Shown piece by piece: positions 48,801 to 60,600 of a stretch of 64,000 nt of DNA (positions within the stretch are counted from its first letter, which is position 1; every line of letters starts with the position of its first letter). This stretch comes from Selaginella moellendorffii (taxonomy: Eukaryota; Plantae; Lycopodiophyta). The position numbers were made by a program, and so were the translations under genes. Location of the stretch: NCBI RefSeq assembly GCF_000143415.4, contig NW_003314314.1:997771-1061770 (forward strand), given 5' to 3'. A model generated the notes under the pieces. The model saw only the letters and a program-made list of their open reading frames with translations, had not been told where the DNA came from and did no database searches.

Positions 48801-51800
48801 ACGATTTCGAGGATTTGATATACTGGATTTCCTACCTTCTGCGCCTTCTATTTCACCTGACAGTACACAAATGAAGGCCACCTGTAAGCTTAAATTCCAG
48901 GGCCGTTTTGTTTCCGACAAAGATACTAAGATGTCTGGGCTGGTTGGTGACGTTTCTCTTTCGGGATTGAAGTTGAATCAACTTCTAGTTGCTTCTCATT
49001 CGAGCGGATTGCTAGACGTGTCAGGATCTGGCTTTAAGGTAAACCAGTTCATACCTCAGATTTTTCCCCTTGCGTTAACATTTTGTGCAGCTGATTACAA
49101 GTGGAAGAGGAAAGGAGCATCTTACTGTTCAATTATCAAAAAATGGTCATGAGCCATCGTCGTTTTCGTTGCAGAGAGGCAAACTTCAAGTTGATGCTTC
49201 TCATTCGCCGCATTCTTTGGCAAAGTTAGAGGTAAGATACTGACTCCTTGTGTGCAACGTTTTAATCAAGTGCTTTATTTTCAGATCCGTAATCTTCCAC
49301 TGGATGAGTTGGAGCTATCGTCATTGAGGGGTATGATGCACAAGGTACGATGCAGTCAGTACGTTACTATGCTCATTACAATGCTGCTACAGGTTGATAT
49401 ACAACTTAACCTTGACAAGCGAAGGGGCCATGGTTGCTTGTCAGTCGGACGACCAAGGTTTAGTGGCATGCAAGGCGAGCTTCTTGATGTATCAGCCCGG
49501 TGGTCAGGCGACGTGGTAAGCATACTGGCTAATGCCCCTTTGTTTTTATCATGCATTCACCTTGAAGGTTACGTTGGAGAAATCTCTGCTTGAACAAGCG
49601 GACAGCACATACGAGCTTCGGGGTGAATACGTGCTGCCAGGCCCTCGTGAAAAGGCTGTCGCATCGGGCAACAAAAGACACCTGAGTGACGGAATGTGGC
49701 AGAAGTTGATGGCAGGACATCTTGAAAATGCCATCAGCTCCTTAGGGAGGTGGAGGCTTCGTCTGGAAGTACCTAGAGCGGAGCTGTCGGATATGCTACC
49801 TGTTGCTCGTCTTCTGTCTAGGAGCAGCGACCCTGCAATTGTAACAAGATCTAAGGTATTTATATGTTTTTTACCATCTCCGTAGTGACGTTGCTTTGTG
49901 ATGCTAGGAATTGTTTTTACAAGAGGTGGAAAAGGCTGCTTTTCTTGCACACAGTTTGAAACAGCAAATGGAGGTACCTTGTTTGCTTTTCTTCGTTTGT
50001 TTGTTTTGTTTACGTACTGTCGTGTTTGTGGTGGATCTTTTAGTTTTTAAAGAAAGAAAGCGCTACGTCTCCTCAAGATCGAAGCTCGGCAGATTCGTTG
50101 CCTTTGCCGGGTCTTGCAGAATTGAATGGCCGTTGGCATGGTACATTTGAAGCAAGCGGCGGTGGAAACAGTGACATGACAGTAAGATCGTCAGTGCGAG
50201 TTGTTTACCATAGTCTAAAATGCTATTACGTACAGGCAAGTTTGGATCTTCACGGCGAGAACTGGGAATGGGGTGTATATAACATTCAAAGTGCTGTGGC
50301 GACTGGAAGCTACTGTTACACGGACGGTCTCCGGCTTGAGAAGGTCTTCTTACAGAAGGATACTGCAACACTCCATGCCGATGGGATGCTCGGGCCAAAT
50401 TCGAACCTGCATTTTGCTCTCTTGAACTTCCCTGTGGAGCTTGTGCCGCCCCTGATGCAAGCCATCCAATCGTCCTCTGTCGAACCTCTCCAGTCTTCGG
50501 CACCGCATGCTCCATTGAACGGAGTCCTGCATATGGAAGGGGACCTCAGAGGAGATTGCAACAAGCCAGAATGTGATGTTCACGTAAGATTGCTCGACGG
50601 GGCTATTGGCGGTATCAACTTAAGCAAGGCGGACTTGGCTGCATCGGTAACATCCGGGAACCAGTTTGTTTTCAACGCTCGACTTGAACCTGTCGTGCAT
50701 GCGGGCCATGTCTACGTGAGAGGCAGTATACCGTTGGGGTCCAAGGCTTTAGATCCACAGTCGAAGTCGAGAAATGCTGCTGTGAAAAGGTGGATGGGCG
50801 CTAGTATCAACAACAGGGGCCATGGCAACAGTGAGGGGCAAACTGATTATAGTACATCATCGGAGTGGGATTTCATCGATGCAGGAGCTTTATACGTTGA
50901 CGTTGTTGTCAAGGACAGTGGGATGATGCTGCTGACAACAATTACACCAAATATGAAATGGCTCCAAGGAAACGCGGACGTGAGGCTTCAGGTATTTTCG
51001 TTTTCTTTCTCGGTTTCACTCTTTTACTCTGAGAGCAGGTTCGAGGGGCATCCGAGCAACCGAAGTTTGATGGAATGGCTGTCTTTCACAAAGCGACTGT
51101 CTCGTCCCCTATACTACCAAAACCAGCACATAATATTGGCGGAACTGTCACCGTGAAGAATAATGAGCTGATTGTTGATGCTATCGAAGGCAAAGTTGGG
51201 AAGAGAGGAAGGCTTTTGATTAAAGGTAAACTACCTTTGAAAGCTGCTGTCGATAGCAGTGACTGCAGTTTGGAAGTGAAAGCCGATTCTCTGGAGGTCC
51301 GTGCAAAAAATATGTTGAGGTATGTAATGCTTTTAGGCGTCAGGAAGTTCACATGGCGCATCTGTGTGTAGTGGACAAGTAGATGGACAGCTATCTGTCA
51401 TGGGAAGCCTTTCAGATCCCGAACTTACAGGTGTCGTCAAGCTCAGTCGGGGCGAACTGTATCTTTCTCAAGAAAAGAATTCGAAGGCGGCAACCTCGAC
51501 TATCCCTCGTGCTTTGTCAGGTCTGTAGATCTGTTTTGTGACGTATATAGCTGACATAATTTTCAGATCTCGAGTTGGTCAAAGAAGAAAGCCACGAACG
51601 TAAACTGCCAGTGGCCGTACGCTTGAAAGGCTTGAAGCTGCAATTTGGACCTGAGTTGCGAATGGTTTACCCTTTGATATTGAATTTCGCGGTAAATGGA
51701 GAGCTGGAGTTTCATGGATTTGCTGATTCCGAACGTGTCAAGCCCAAGGGAGTGCTGACGTTTGAGAACGGTGATGTAAACCTTGTTGCTACTCAGGTAA

Positions 51801-52560
51801 GCTAAGCTGTCTCTTGCACCGCTAATGATGTGTTTCAGGTGAGATTGAACAAGGATTATCCAAACCGTGCCAAGTTCGAACCGGAACAGGGTCTCGATCC
51901 TAACTTGGATTTAGCATTGGTCGGTTTGCATTTCCAGCTGAAAGTTCAAGGGCGTGCACAAAATTGGCAGGACAGCATTGTTTTGACTTATGCTCGCTCT
52001 GGAGAACAAGACACATTGACTCGTATTGAAGTAAGCTTCTATTGTATATTATTTATCTCGCTGATGCGTGCGATCGTGCAGGCCGCTAAGCTGTTTGAAA
52101 ATCAACTTGTGGATTCGCTGCTCGAAGGCAACGGTCAGTTTGCTTTCAAGAAGCTTGCGGCTGCTACGGTCGAGACACTCATGCCGAAGATAGAAACCAA
52201 AGGAGAGTTTGGACAGGCTCGTTGGCGGCTTGTTTACGCACCGCAGATTCCAAACCTCCTGTCCCTGGATCCTACAACAGACCCGTTCAAGTCGCTTGCA
52301 AACCTCTCCTTCGGTACGGAAGTTGAAGTGCGACTCGGCAAGCATCTACAGGTTGGTGTCGTTTTATAAACGTTTTCCTCGTTCCTGAAGACGTGTGTCA
52401 TTCGTTCACTGCGCAGGCATCAGTGGTGCGACAATTGAAGGAGTCGGAAATGGCGACGCAGTGGACACTGATCTATCATCTCAACAACAAGTTGCGCCTC
52501 GTCTTCTCGTCAATTCCTTCGGTTGACAACAGGCTACTGCTCGAGTATTCGGCGTCCTAA
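45822..52560 (+). CDS. TIC236: TIC236 (TamB-like chloroplast envelope translocon linker), many short introns
   Basis: Transit peptide, one TM, YIETKLLP, and the C-terminal TamB/DUF490 region LELTGQ-independent motifs GELEFHG, FENGDVNLVATQ, GEFGQARWRLVYAPQIP, QLKESEMATQWTL, RLLLEYSAS*. Confidence 0.9.
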
Positions 52561-52812
52561 AGTAGAAACAGGCACAGGGTTCGCCATCGTCACAGCACAG
52601 GGACAAGGCTCCAAATCCTCAAATCCCCGAGTCCTAGCATAGCAGCGCACAAATACGCAGGTCGGAGGAGGTGCAACCGGAAGAAAAAGAAATAAAAACG
52701 CTGGAGAAGGTTAGTGGCAATCAGCATCATCCAGCAGAAGCAGAGCCGAGGGGAATTGCGTGTTTGGATCGTAGCAGCCCAAGAATCAAGGTGGTCCGTA
52801 CATTATGAACAT

Positions 52813-54282
52813 ATGAAAAAGGTGAAGGTGCCAGTTTTTCTTCATCGCCTCGTTCAACCTTTTAGCGCTTGCTCGGCTAGTAGGGCGCTACCACCGCCAC
52901 CGCCAGCGGCAGCAGCAGCAAAGAGAGACATGGCGGCGTCGAGTCAATTGCCAGCGTCGACCGGCTTCGACAGGCCCGAGATGTACAAGTCCCCGCTGGC
53001 GGGGAGCGTGTCTTTCTACCAGAGGCACTTGTTCGTGTGCTACAAGGATGCTCTCAGCTGGCCGTCGCAGGTGGAGAGTGCGGAATTGGGTGGCCTTCCG
53101 CACGCTCTCTTCGCTGCGTTCAAGGCTCGCAAGAACGATATGCCCAACAAGGTGCTGCTGGCTCTTTTTAAAACAGGATTTCTTTGTCTGATCTCCTCTC
53201 TCGCGTGTTCTTGCAGATCCGGTTGACTGTTTGTGAAGCATCTGATTCAACGGAGGGAGACATTCTTGTCTTTCCAGATCTCGTGCGCTACAGGTTTCGG
53301 GCATTGTTTCTTTTATTTTCTATCTGGATCCAAAGTTGCATGCACTGACTTTAGTATTTCGTTTTTGCAGAGGTTTGAGAGCCTCTGACGCGGAATCATT
53401 TGTGGAGGAAGTGGTGGTCAATGAGCAGATATGGAGCCATGGTGTCGAGGAGCCTCTCAGTGGCAGCCATGTCTTCATCTGCGCTCACGGAGCTCGCGAC
53501 GCACGCTGCGGAAGCTGCGGCCCGGTTCTGGTCGACAAATTCCGGGACGAGATTGAAGCCAGGGGCTTGACTGGTCGTGTCACAGTCAAGGCTTGCTCCC
53601 ACATTGGTGGTCACAAATTCGCTGGCAATGTCATCGTCTACGCCGCTAGCGGAGGAGGCGGTCCAGTCTCGGGGCACTGGTAAGTCCTCGCTCACTTTTT
53701 CTTAGTTTCAAATCTGACTCGTTCTCTTTGCAACGCAGGTATGGATATGTCACTCCCAACGATGTTTCGGTGCTCCTGGAGCAGCACATAGAGAGAGGCC
53801 AGATAGTTGACAAGCTGTGGAGGTGAGTGTTACTACGTTGTTGGTGTTGTTTGATCCTGGTTTTTACTCCTTTTGGCAGGGGTCAAATGGGCCTCACCGA
53901 GGATCAACAGCGCCAGTCTCAAGTTTCGAGGCAAACCGCGGACGAGACAGTGTACGCCTGTCCCTGTGGCGTGATAGGAGGCGTTTGCGGAGCCAAGCAA
54001 CAGAAGCGTGCTGTCAACGCGAGAAGCGTCACTGTCGCGGCTAAAGCAAAAGGAGGAGGGGATGCTCAAGACAATGCGGAGGACGGACAAGCAACAAAGA
54101 TGGCTCCCACAGAGGACGAGCCGCTGCAAAAGAAGAAGACGACGACCAAGAACAAGGCTCGGGGAAACGACGGCGGATGGAAGACGAAGATCACGCAAGA
54201 CAAGCTGGCGGCTGCCGTGCTCGTGCTGGTTGCTGCCATCACCACTGGAATGTGTTTCTACGCGGCCATCCCAGCGTTTTAA
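52813..54282 (+). CDS. Sucrase/ferredoxin-like thioredoxin-fold [2Fe-2S] protein (Apd1/Aim32 family) with a C-terminal TM
   Basis: GFDRPEMY, RHLFVCYK, ICAHGARDARCG, CSHIGGHKFAGNV, WYGYVTP, LWRGQMG; hydrophobic tail. Confidence 0.9.
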
Positions 54283-54576
54283 CGTAGCTCTTGAGTGTCT
54301 GTCACTCACGCTACTCTTTAACCATTACTCTTCTCAAAATTTCTTGGCAAAGATTTTCCTTTTCTATGTTCTTCAAATGAAAGAAAGATGGGAGTTTGTT
54401 ATGGAAGTCCAAACGACATGACAATCCGTAGACGTTTCGTACAAGCCAGCATGTTACATTTTTAATATATGAGAGGAAAAAGCTACTAGGAAAGCTATTT
54501 ACACACCCAGGAAATGGTACACAGCGCGCAATACGAGAGAGGAAAAAAAATAAAAATGGCGGCGGCTTCCAATGTC

Positions 54577-55972
54577 TCATCGCCACCACGAGCAGCACTT
54601 GGTAGACTTGGTTGTCGACTCGGTTGCGTTCCTTGCAGCGAGGCAAGGGCCAGCAGCTTCATGGTCGGGAGGAAGATTGTAGAAACGATACGGTTGCGAC
54701 GCGCAGCAAAACTCGGTTACATTTCCACAACCTCCTTTGCTGAAGGGGTGCGCATCCTTCGGAAGGTTGCTGCAAAAACCCAGTCTTTGTGAGCTGCGTT
54801 ACGAGGATTCCTGCTCACCGGAGGTATGGAATTCGTGTGCGACGTGTTTTCTCATACGTCGTTTGGTTTGTAAGCACCAGATAACTGCAAACAGAAGTTA
54901 GCGATCACTCTTTTTTTCTATCTTTACCTGTGGAAAACGAGCAGGGTGGCAAGAAATATAGAACAACAGAGGAGGCCCACGAACATCACCAGCAGCAGCA
55001 GATTCTGTGGCCTGTGGAGCGAAATAAGTGTGAATTGCAAACCAAACGCACGACAAGAGGGCACTTACCATGCCGAGCTCTTTTCCAAGTGGAAGGCAAG
55101 AAAGTAGAGGACTGTCGACCAGATGCACAAAAAGGTCTCCAGAAAAACATACCACCTGCGTGCTCCAGTCAGAATCTGGGACGCAATGAACACAAGGAGC
55201 CTGTGAAACGTACCAGAATCTGCGATGATTGTATTGTCCGATGCAAGTGTCCAGCCAGACGCAGTGATGATCAAATCTCAGCACGCATTTGTTACAATCG
55301 TGGCAGTGTTTTGTTCTTGGGGGCTGCAATGGAAGAAAACAAAGCAAAATGGGATTTTTATCAAGAATAGGTTAGAAGAACTTGGTTTCTTACCTGGACA
55401 ACGCGACAGGTACTGCAGTGAGAACTGACAGTCGCAATCAATGAGGAAAGAATGTAAGCGAAGAGAAAACAAAAAGGAAAACTCACAATGGAGTGGAGCC
55501 GGCTACAGCTTTAATTCCCGCTTCGAACTCTGGATCGTTTTCCAGATCCTCCACGTAGCTTCCAATCACTGAAATCGTGACAAGAATCTCGCAAGGATTT
55601 TTTGCTTACCCCGGTGACGAACCAGCAACCCGGTAGTACTGGATGACAGTAACAACGATCAAGACGAGATATAGCAACGCATACCTGAGAGTGAGAGTGT
55701 CAACGAATGAGCAGTGAAAGAGTGCACAAAAACAAAAAGGGATCTCGTTTTTGAGGCTTACCAAGTGTAGGAGAAGATCTGGTGTTGCAATTCCTCGTAG
55801 AGAAGGATGAGCAGCCCCACACCGAGGGTGTGAGCTAGAAACCAGCAAGTCTTACCCCCAAAACCTGGGAAATGGAGTGGAATTGGAGTGAAGTGGAGTG
55901 GAGCGCGACTGAGAAGAGTGCTTACCTACCTGTGCTGCAGCTGCCACAAGCATCGCTGGTGAAGCACCGCAT
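54577..55972 (-). CDS. DHHC protein S-acyltransferase (PAT10-like), multi-exon
   Basis: [47 protein letters not shown], and four TM segments. Confidence 0.92.
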
Positions 55973-56097
55973 CGGGGCAGAGAGGAAAAGGGGAGAGCTT
56001 TCTCACTCTCGCATAAGCCCTAATTCGTTTTTGAGAATCTTTTTTGTATTAGACTTGAGTAAAGGGAAAGGATCGGTTAGTTTGGTTGTAGGTCAAA

Positions 56098-56760
56098 ATG
56101 AGATTGGTGCTGGGATTCGTGATCGCTGCGCTGGTAGTCGCGAGGATTGGAAGCGCGACGCCGAGGCATGGATTGGATGAGAGCGCTGTGGATCGCGAGA
56201 AGGACAGGAGCGATCCGGAGCTGAATCGAGCGCTGGATGAGTTTATGGATCTGGTGGCGCAGCACAGGGTTGTCATCGTCGGGAAAAAGGATTGCACGTA
56301 AGCTTACATCACAAACGCAAGTTCTAGCAAGCTTAAAGGAATGAAAAGGCTCTGTTTCCTTGATCTGAGGAAGTGAGAACTTCCACTTAGGATGACGAAT
56401 CGCGTGAAAGCGGCGATGTCGGAGCAAGGAGAGAAGCCGCATTTCATTGACATCGACCACACGAAATCAGGTAGCTCCTCTGTTCTCTTTTCTTTCTTTC
56501 GTTCATCTCTTTGCTTTTGCTTTCCAGACGAAGCATGGATGATACAAAAAGCTCTCCGGAGGTGGCTCGGCTACTGGATCACTCCACAGGTGTTTGTCAA
56601 TGGAATGCACTACGGAGGAGCGGAGTGTGAGTTCTTTCTCTAGTTCCAAGCTTGCATTCTGTTTCCTAAGTTTGCTGCTACTCTTTTCCCAGTGTTGCTT
56701 GACAACCATAAGACCGGACTCTTGGCGGACCACTTGAAGGAAATGAAGACCGAGCTTTGA
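56098..56760 (+). CDS. Atypical glutaredoxin with a signal peptide, CTMT active site and C-terminal KTEL; exons 56098-56297, 56391-56470, 56528-56626, 56693-56760
   Basis: Spliced product: signal peptide...VVIVGKKDCTMTNRVK...IDID...IQKAL...TPQVFVNGMHYGGAELL...GLLADHLKEMKTEL*. It retains the GRX TxP and GG motifs. Confidence 0.8.
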
Positions 56761-56872
56761 GCTACAGGGACTTTGTTTTGTCTGATCTATCCATCCAAGA
56801 GCATATTTGCGATTTGGCTCTTTGTTTGCGTGAGTTCTTTTTGTGTTGGCAAAGTGCTTTCCTCTTGCAGCT

Positions 56873-57391
56873 ATGGAGGTGTGCCGGGCTGAAGTTGAGC
56901 TCGACGTTTCAGCGTGGGAGGCGTGGCAAACGTTCAAGGATGCCAAATCGCTGGCGGGCATCATTCCTGGTGTGATCCAGAGCGTGGAGTATCTGGTGGG
57001 AGGCGGCGAAGCTGGTACCATCAGGCTTGTTGGCCTCAGTACGTAGCAACTCTCAAGTTTGATGATCCACGCTTAATGGCTTGCTGGATTTGCAGAGCAA
57101 GATGGAAGCTCCAAGGTGGTGTTTGCGAAAGAGAGACTGAAACTGGTCGATGATGCTTCCATGACGATTCGATACACTATGCTGGAAAACTGTGACTTTA
57201 GTCACTTGTACAGTCACTACGTTGGTACGCTGCGTTTCCATCCGATTCAAAGCGAGCCAAGCAAGAGTGTGGTCGTTTGGGAGATTGAGTGTGTGCCACT
57301 CGGCTCCGCTCCTCCTCTCCGCCCCGCAGCCTACGTAAGAATCTGGAAAGAGATTGAGAAACACTTGGTCGAGAAAAGACTCATCAAGTAA
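56873..57391 (+). CDS. Bet v1/PR-10/SRPBCC family protein, two exons
   Basis: IIPGVIQSVEYLVGGGEAGTIR glycine loop, KERLKLVDD, IRYTMLE; single phase-1 intron ~57039-57095. Confidence 0.85.
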
Positions 57392-57673
57392 AAGTCCATC
57401 ACAAACTACAAAAGTGCATCTCCTTGTATTTTTTACAGTCCTTTCAATACAACACCATCAAGAATATGAAAAGATGAATGTACAATGTTCCGCTTCTCTT
57501 TGCCTTTTTTTTTTTTTGGTTTTGATTTTCTTTTTTCAACTTTTTTGCTTTTACCTGTGTATAAAGAATCAATCCGAATGAAAAAGAATAGTGTTGAGAG
57601 GAACCTGGCTTGAGCTGAAATCGAAGCTTCAAGCATGCTTTTGTTGCTGGCCTTCGAAGACGAGCTGTGTTGC

Positions 57674-60600
57674 TCATTCCGACTGAGGCTGCAAAAAATG
57701 GAATGCATTGCTCTCTCTCAAAAGCGGTGGCAGATCGATGTCGTTGAGGTCCATCTCCTTCATCGACTTGGATATGTCGTCAACCGAAAATGGAATGCTG
57801 AAGCAAACGAAGAAGAAACATTCATCAGAATTTTATATGCCTCAGACAGAATTCGCATGCTCGCCTTGAATCATCGTCCAGCAAAAAGGAGTTGCTCACA
57901 GCATTGTTGGAGTCTTCAGTCATAAGAACTCTCATATTTGCAATAACCTGCGACCAGCACCCATGCGTGTTACAAGGGAAACAATAACAATACCCACGCA
58001 CCTCTGGAGAAACGCTGTGGGTGCCATATTTATCATCCCAGTACATGGTGCTGATACGATACAGTTGCTGGATGCTTAATACCTGCACATCAGCGATAAT
58101 ATTTCACGATCCTACACATTGTATGTCTTTATGTTACCGGACAGAGGTCATGTGTAATCTCGTCGAGTGACTTTTTGGGCTTTTGATGAATGACCTGGTA
58201 AATTTTGTCTTAGAAAAAGTTCTGTGAGCTTGTAAGTAGCTTACCAAGAAACCAACCGCTTGGCGGATGTATTTTAATTCGTCCCAAGATGCACCAGCGT
58301 ACTGCACAGAAAGGTCCGTATTACACACCCAAAACGAATCCCGTAAAACGTCCTCACCTCTTCGGTGGCTTCATAAACCCAGTGTTCCAGCTCTGCCAAA
58401 CCAGCTTTGACATACTCTCCATTTGAAAACGAACAGCATTCCCGCCTCAAAAGAAGACTGGAAGTACAAAACGTCAACACACAACCTTAGTGTGAAGCTA
58501 GCAGATTACCTGTTGAAGAGCTGAACATTAATGAACGAGAATATTTGCGTGAACAGCTTTCGAACAAGAAACGGTGGAGCCTGAAAGAAGAAAATTAGAA
58601 ACTAAACGATAAATTGCCCCTTTCTCACATGATTCGCTCTCAGCGTGTTGAGCAGACCGGTCAAACTCTTGATTATACTGTGCCAGTGACTCAACATTTG
58701 TTGCGCTGCCAAGGCCATATTTGGAGACCTTCCCGCTTTGCCTAAAGAACGCGCAGTTCTTGGGGTCTGCAATAGAACTTTAGCACAAATCTATCTGGAA
58801 AGGTAGTAAAACCACCTGAATGCAAAGTGCGAGCAATGACGTTATTTCCTTTTTCAGGTTGTCACGCAGTATTCCGTAGATCTTTTCAACGTAAGCCGTA
58901 AGCTGCTGCTTGAACAGCAAAGCGGGGTACTTGGCTTCCACTTGTCGAGACGCATCTAGCCCCCCATTGCCAAATGATCCTGGAGATGATTTAATAAAAC
59001 CCTGAAACAAAAAGTTGTCAATAAGCGGTTCAAGTCGAGAGGTATTGTAACCTGAGTCATCCTCCCAAACAGTGTAACAGATGGTGCACGTCTTCTTTGA
59101 GGACCAGAACCACTGGCCTTGAGTGTGCGTTGCAGTAGGAACAACAATGTAGACGTGTTAGACAGCCAGTACGCCAACACGTCATTGTTTTCTTGGCTCT
59201 GCAGTACCGTTGTCGAAAACATAAAGATCAGGCCACTCAACAACAGAAACGTACTTCAATTGCAGCTCCAACAGTTTGAATGATCCGGTCAAAGACATTA
59301 GTCCTTTCGGCTTCAAATGACCGCCAATGTAGGAGAGACTTGTAAATTACAACGGCCGCAACAGGTCGATTTTGGCTGAAACCGACATCCTTCATCACAC
59401 ATTGCAGCAGAATGTCCTGGTTTTCCTGTGAGAGTAACAGCCAGTTGATCAATAATATTGGTAACAAAGCTGACCTGCTGCCTGTCCGTGAGTTGCTTCT
59501 GGCGTTTTTGCTCGGTCTCGGTATTTTCCTTTTCAGCTTGTATGGCGACAGGGGTTTCCTGCTTGTTTTGTAAAAAGTATATGACACACGTAATTGAGGC
59601 CGAGAATTTCAAGACTTACCGGCATGATTTTGTTATCACCATTTGCAAGGTGCCCGTTTTCCGGAGTCCTCTGCACGTGATTCGCAGCTATAAAGTGATC
59701 AAAACCTTTGGAGGCATACCTGGAACACTGGTGTTTTGAACCGGTTGCTGAGAGTCCGTTGTGGTGACATAACAAGCGCTTGCTGCCTCAGAACTTGATT
59801 CTCGGACTCCAGGTTAGCCAGTTTCTCCTCCGACCTATAAACACAAACATAGAAGCTTGCTCCGCAAAATGTTCTAACTAACCTGTGCTGTAGGTCCTGT
59901 AATTGCTCAACTTTGGACAATGCATCAGTAAGTTTCCTGAGGTTCTCTTCAGCTTCTCTCTTGGTCGATACTAAGTTGTTGTTGAGCTCAGTAGTCCGCT
60001 TCTCAAAAGATTCAACCAAGGCCTACGGAATCGGATCAACGTCAGTGTGGTTCGTCCCAGCGGAGAACAAACAACGAACCTTCAGTTTTTCATTTTCGCT
60101 GGCGAGTTGGTCCACTTTGGAGTCGGGCACTTCTGAAGCAACAGACTGCCGGGCTGCGTTCACTGCGTCACCTATAGCTTTCTTGTTCTGTGTTCTCTCC
60201 TTCACTAACGAGGCATTTAGCATATCCATCTGACTTTCCAAGTTCTGTATTGCCGCCTGTAGCTTTGCAATATCCTGATTCTTTGATTCTTCAGAGTCAA
60301 CCTGCTCAGATTTATCAGTTCAGTTTACCAAACTACAACAAAAACCGATTATTTACCCGCAAACGTTTTTCCAGCTGGAGACGCCAAGTCAACTCCTCAC
60401 AACGTTTCTCTAGCTTCGTTTTAGCCTCTTGTAAAGCACCTGTTTCCTTTGCCGCCTGAAAAAAAATGTCAAATATTTCATCCTGATGCGGCTAGTAGTT
60501 CCCTACCATCTTAAGCTTCTTGAGTTCTTTGCGGGCAACACGTCCTCGCCAAGCGCATTGCGTTGTAAGAGCCGCTTTCCGAAGATTCCTGTAATATCTT

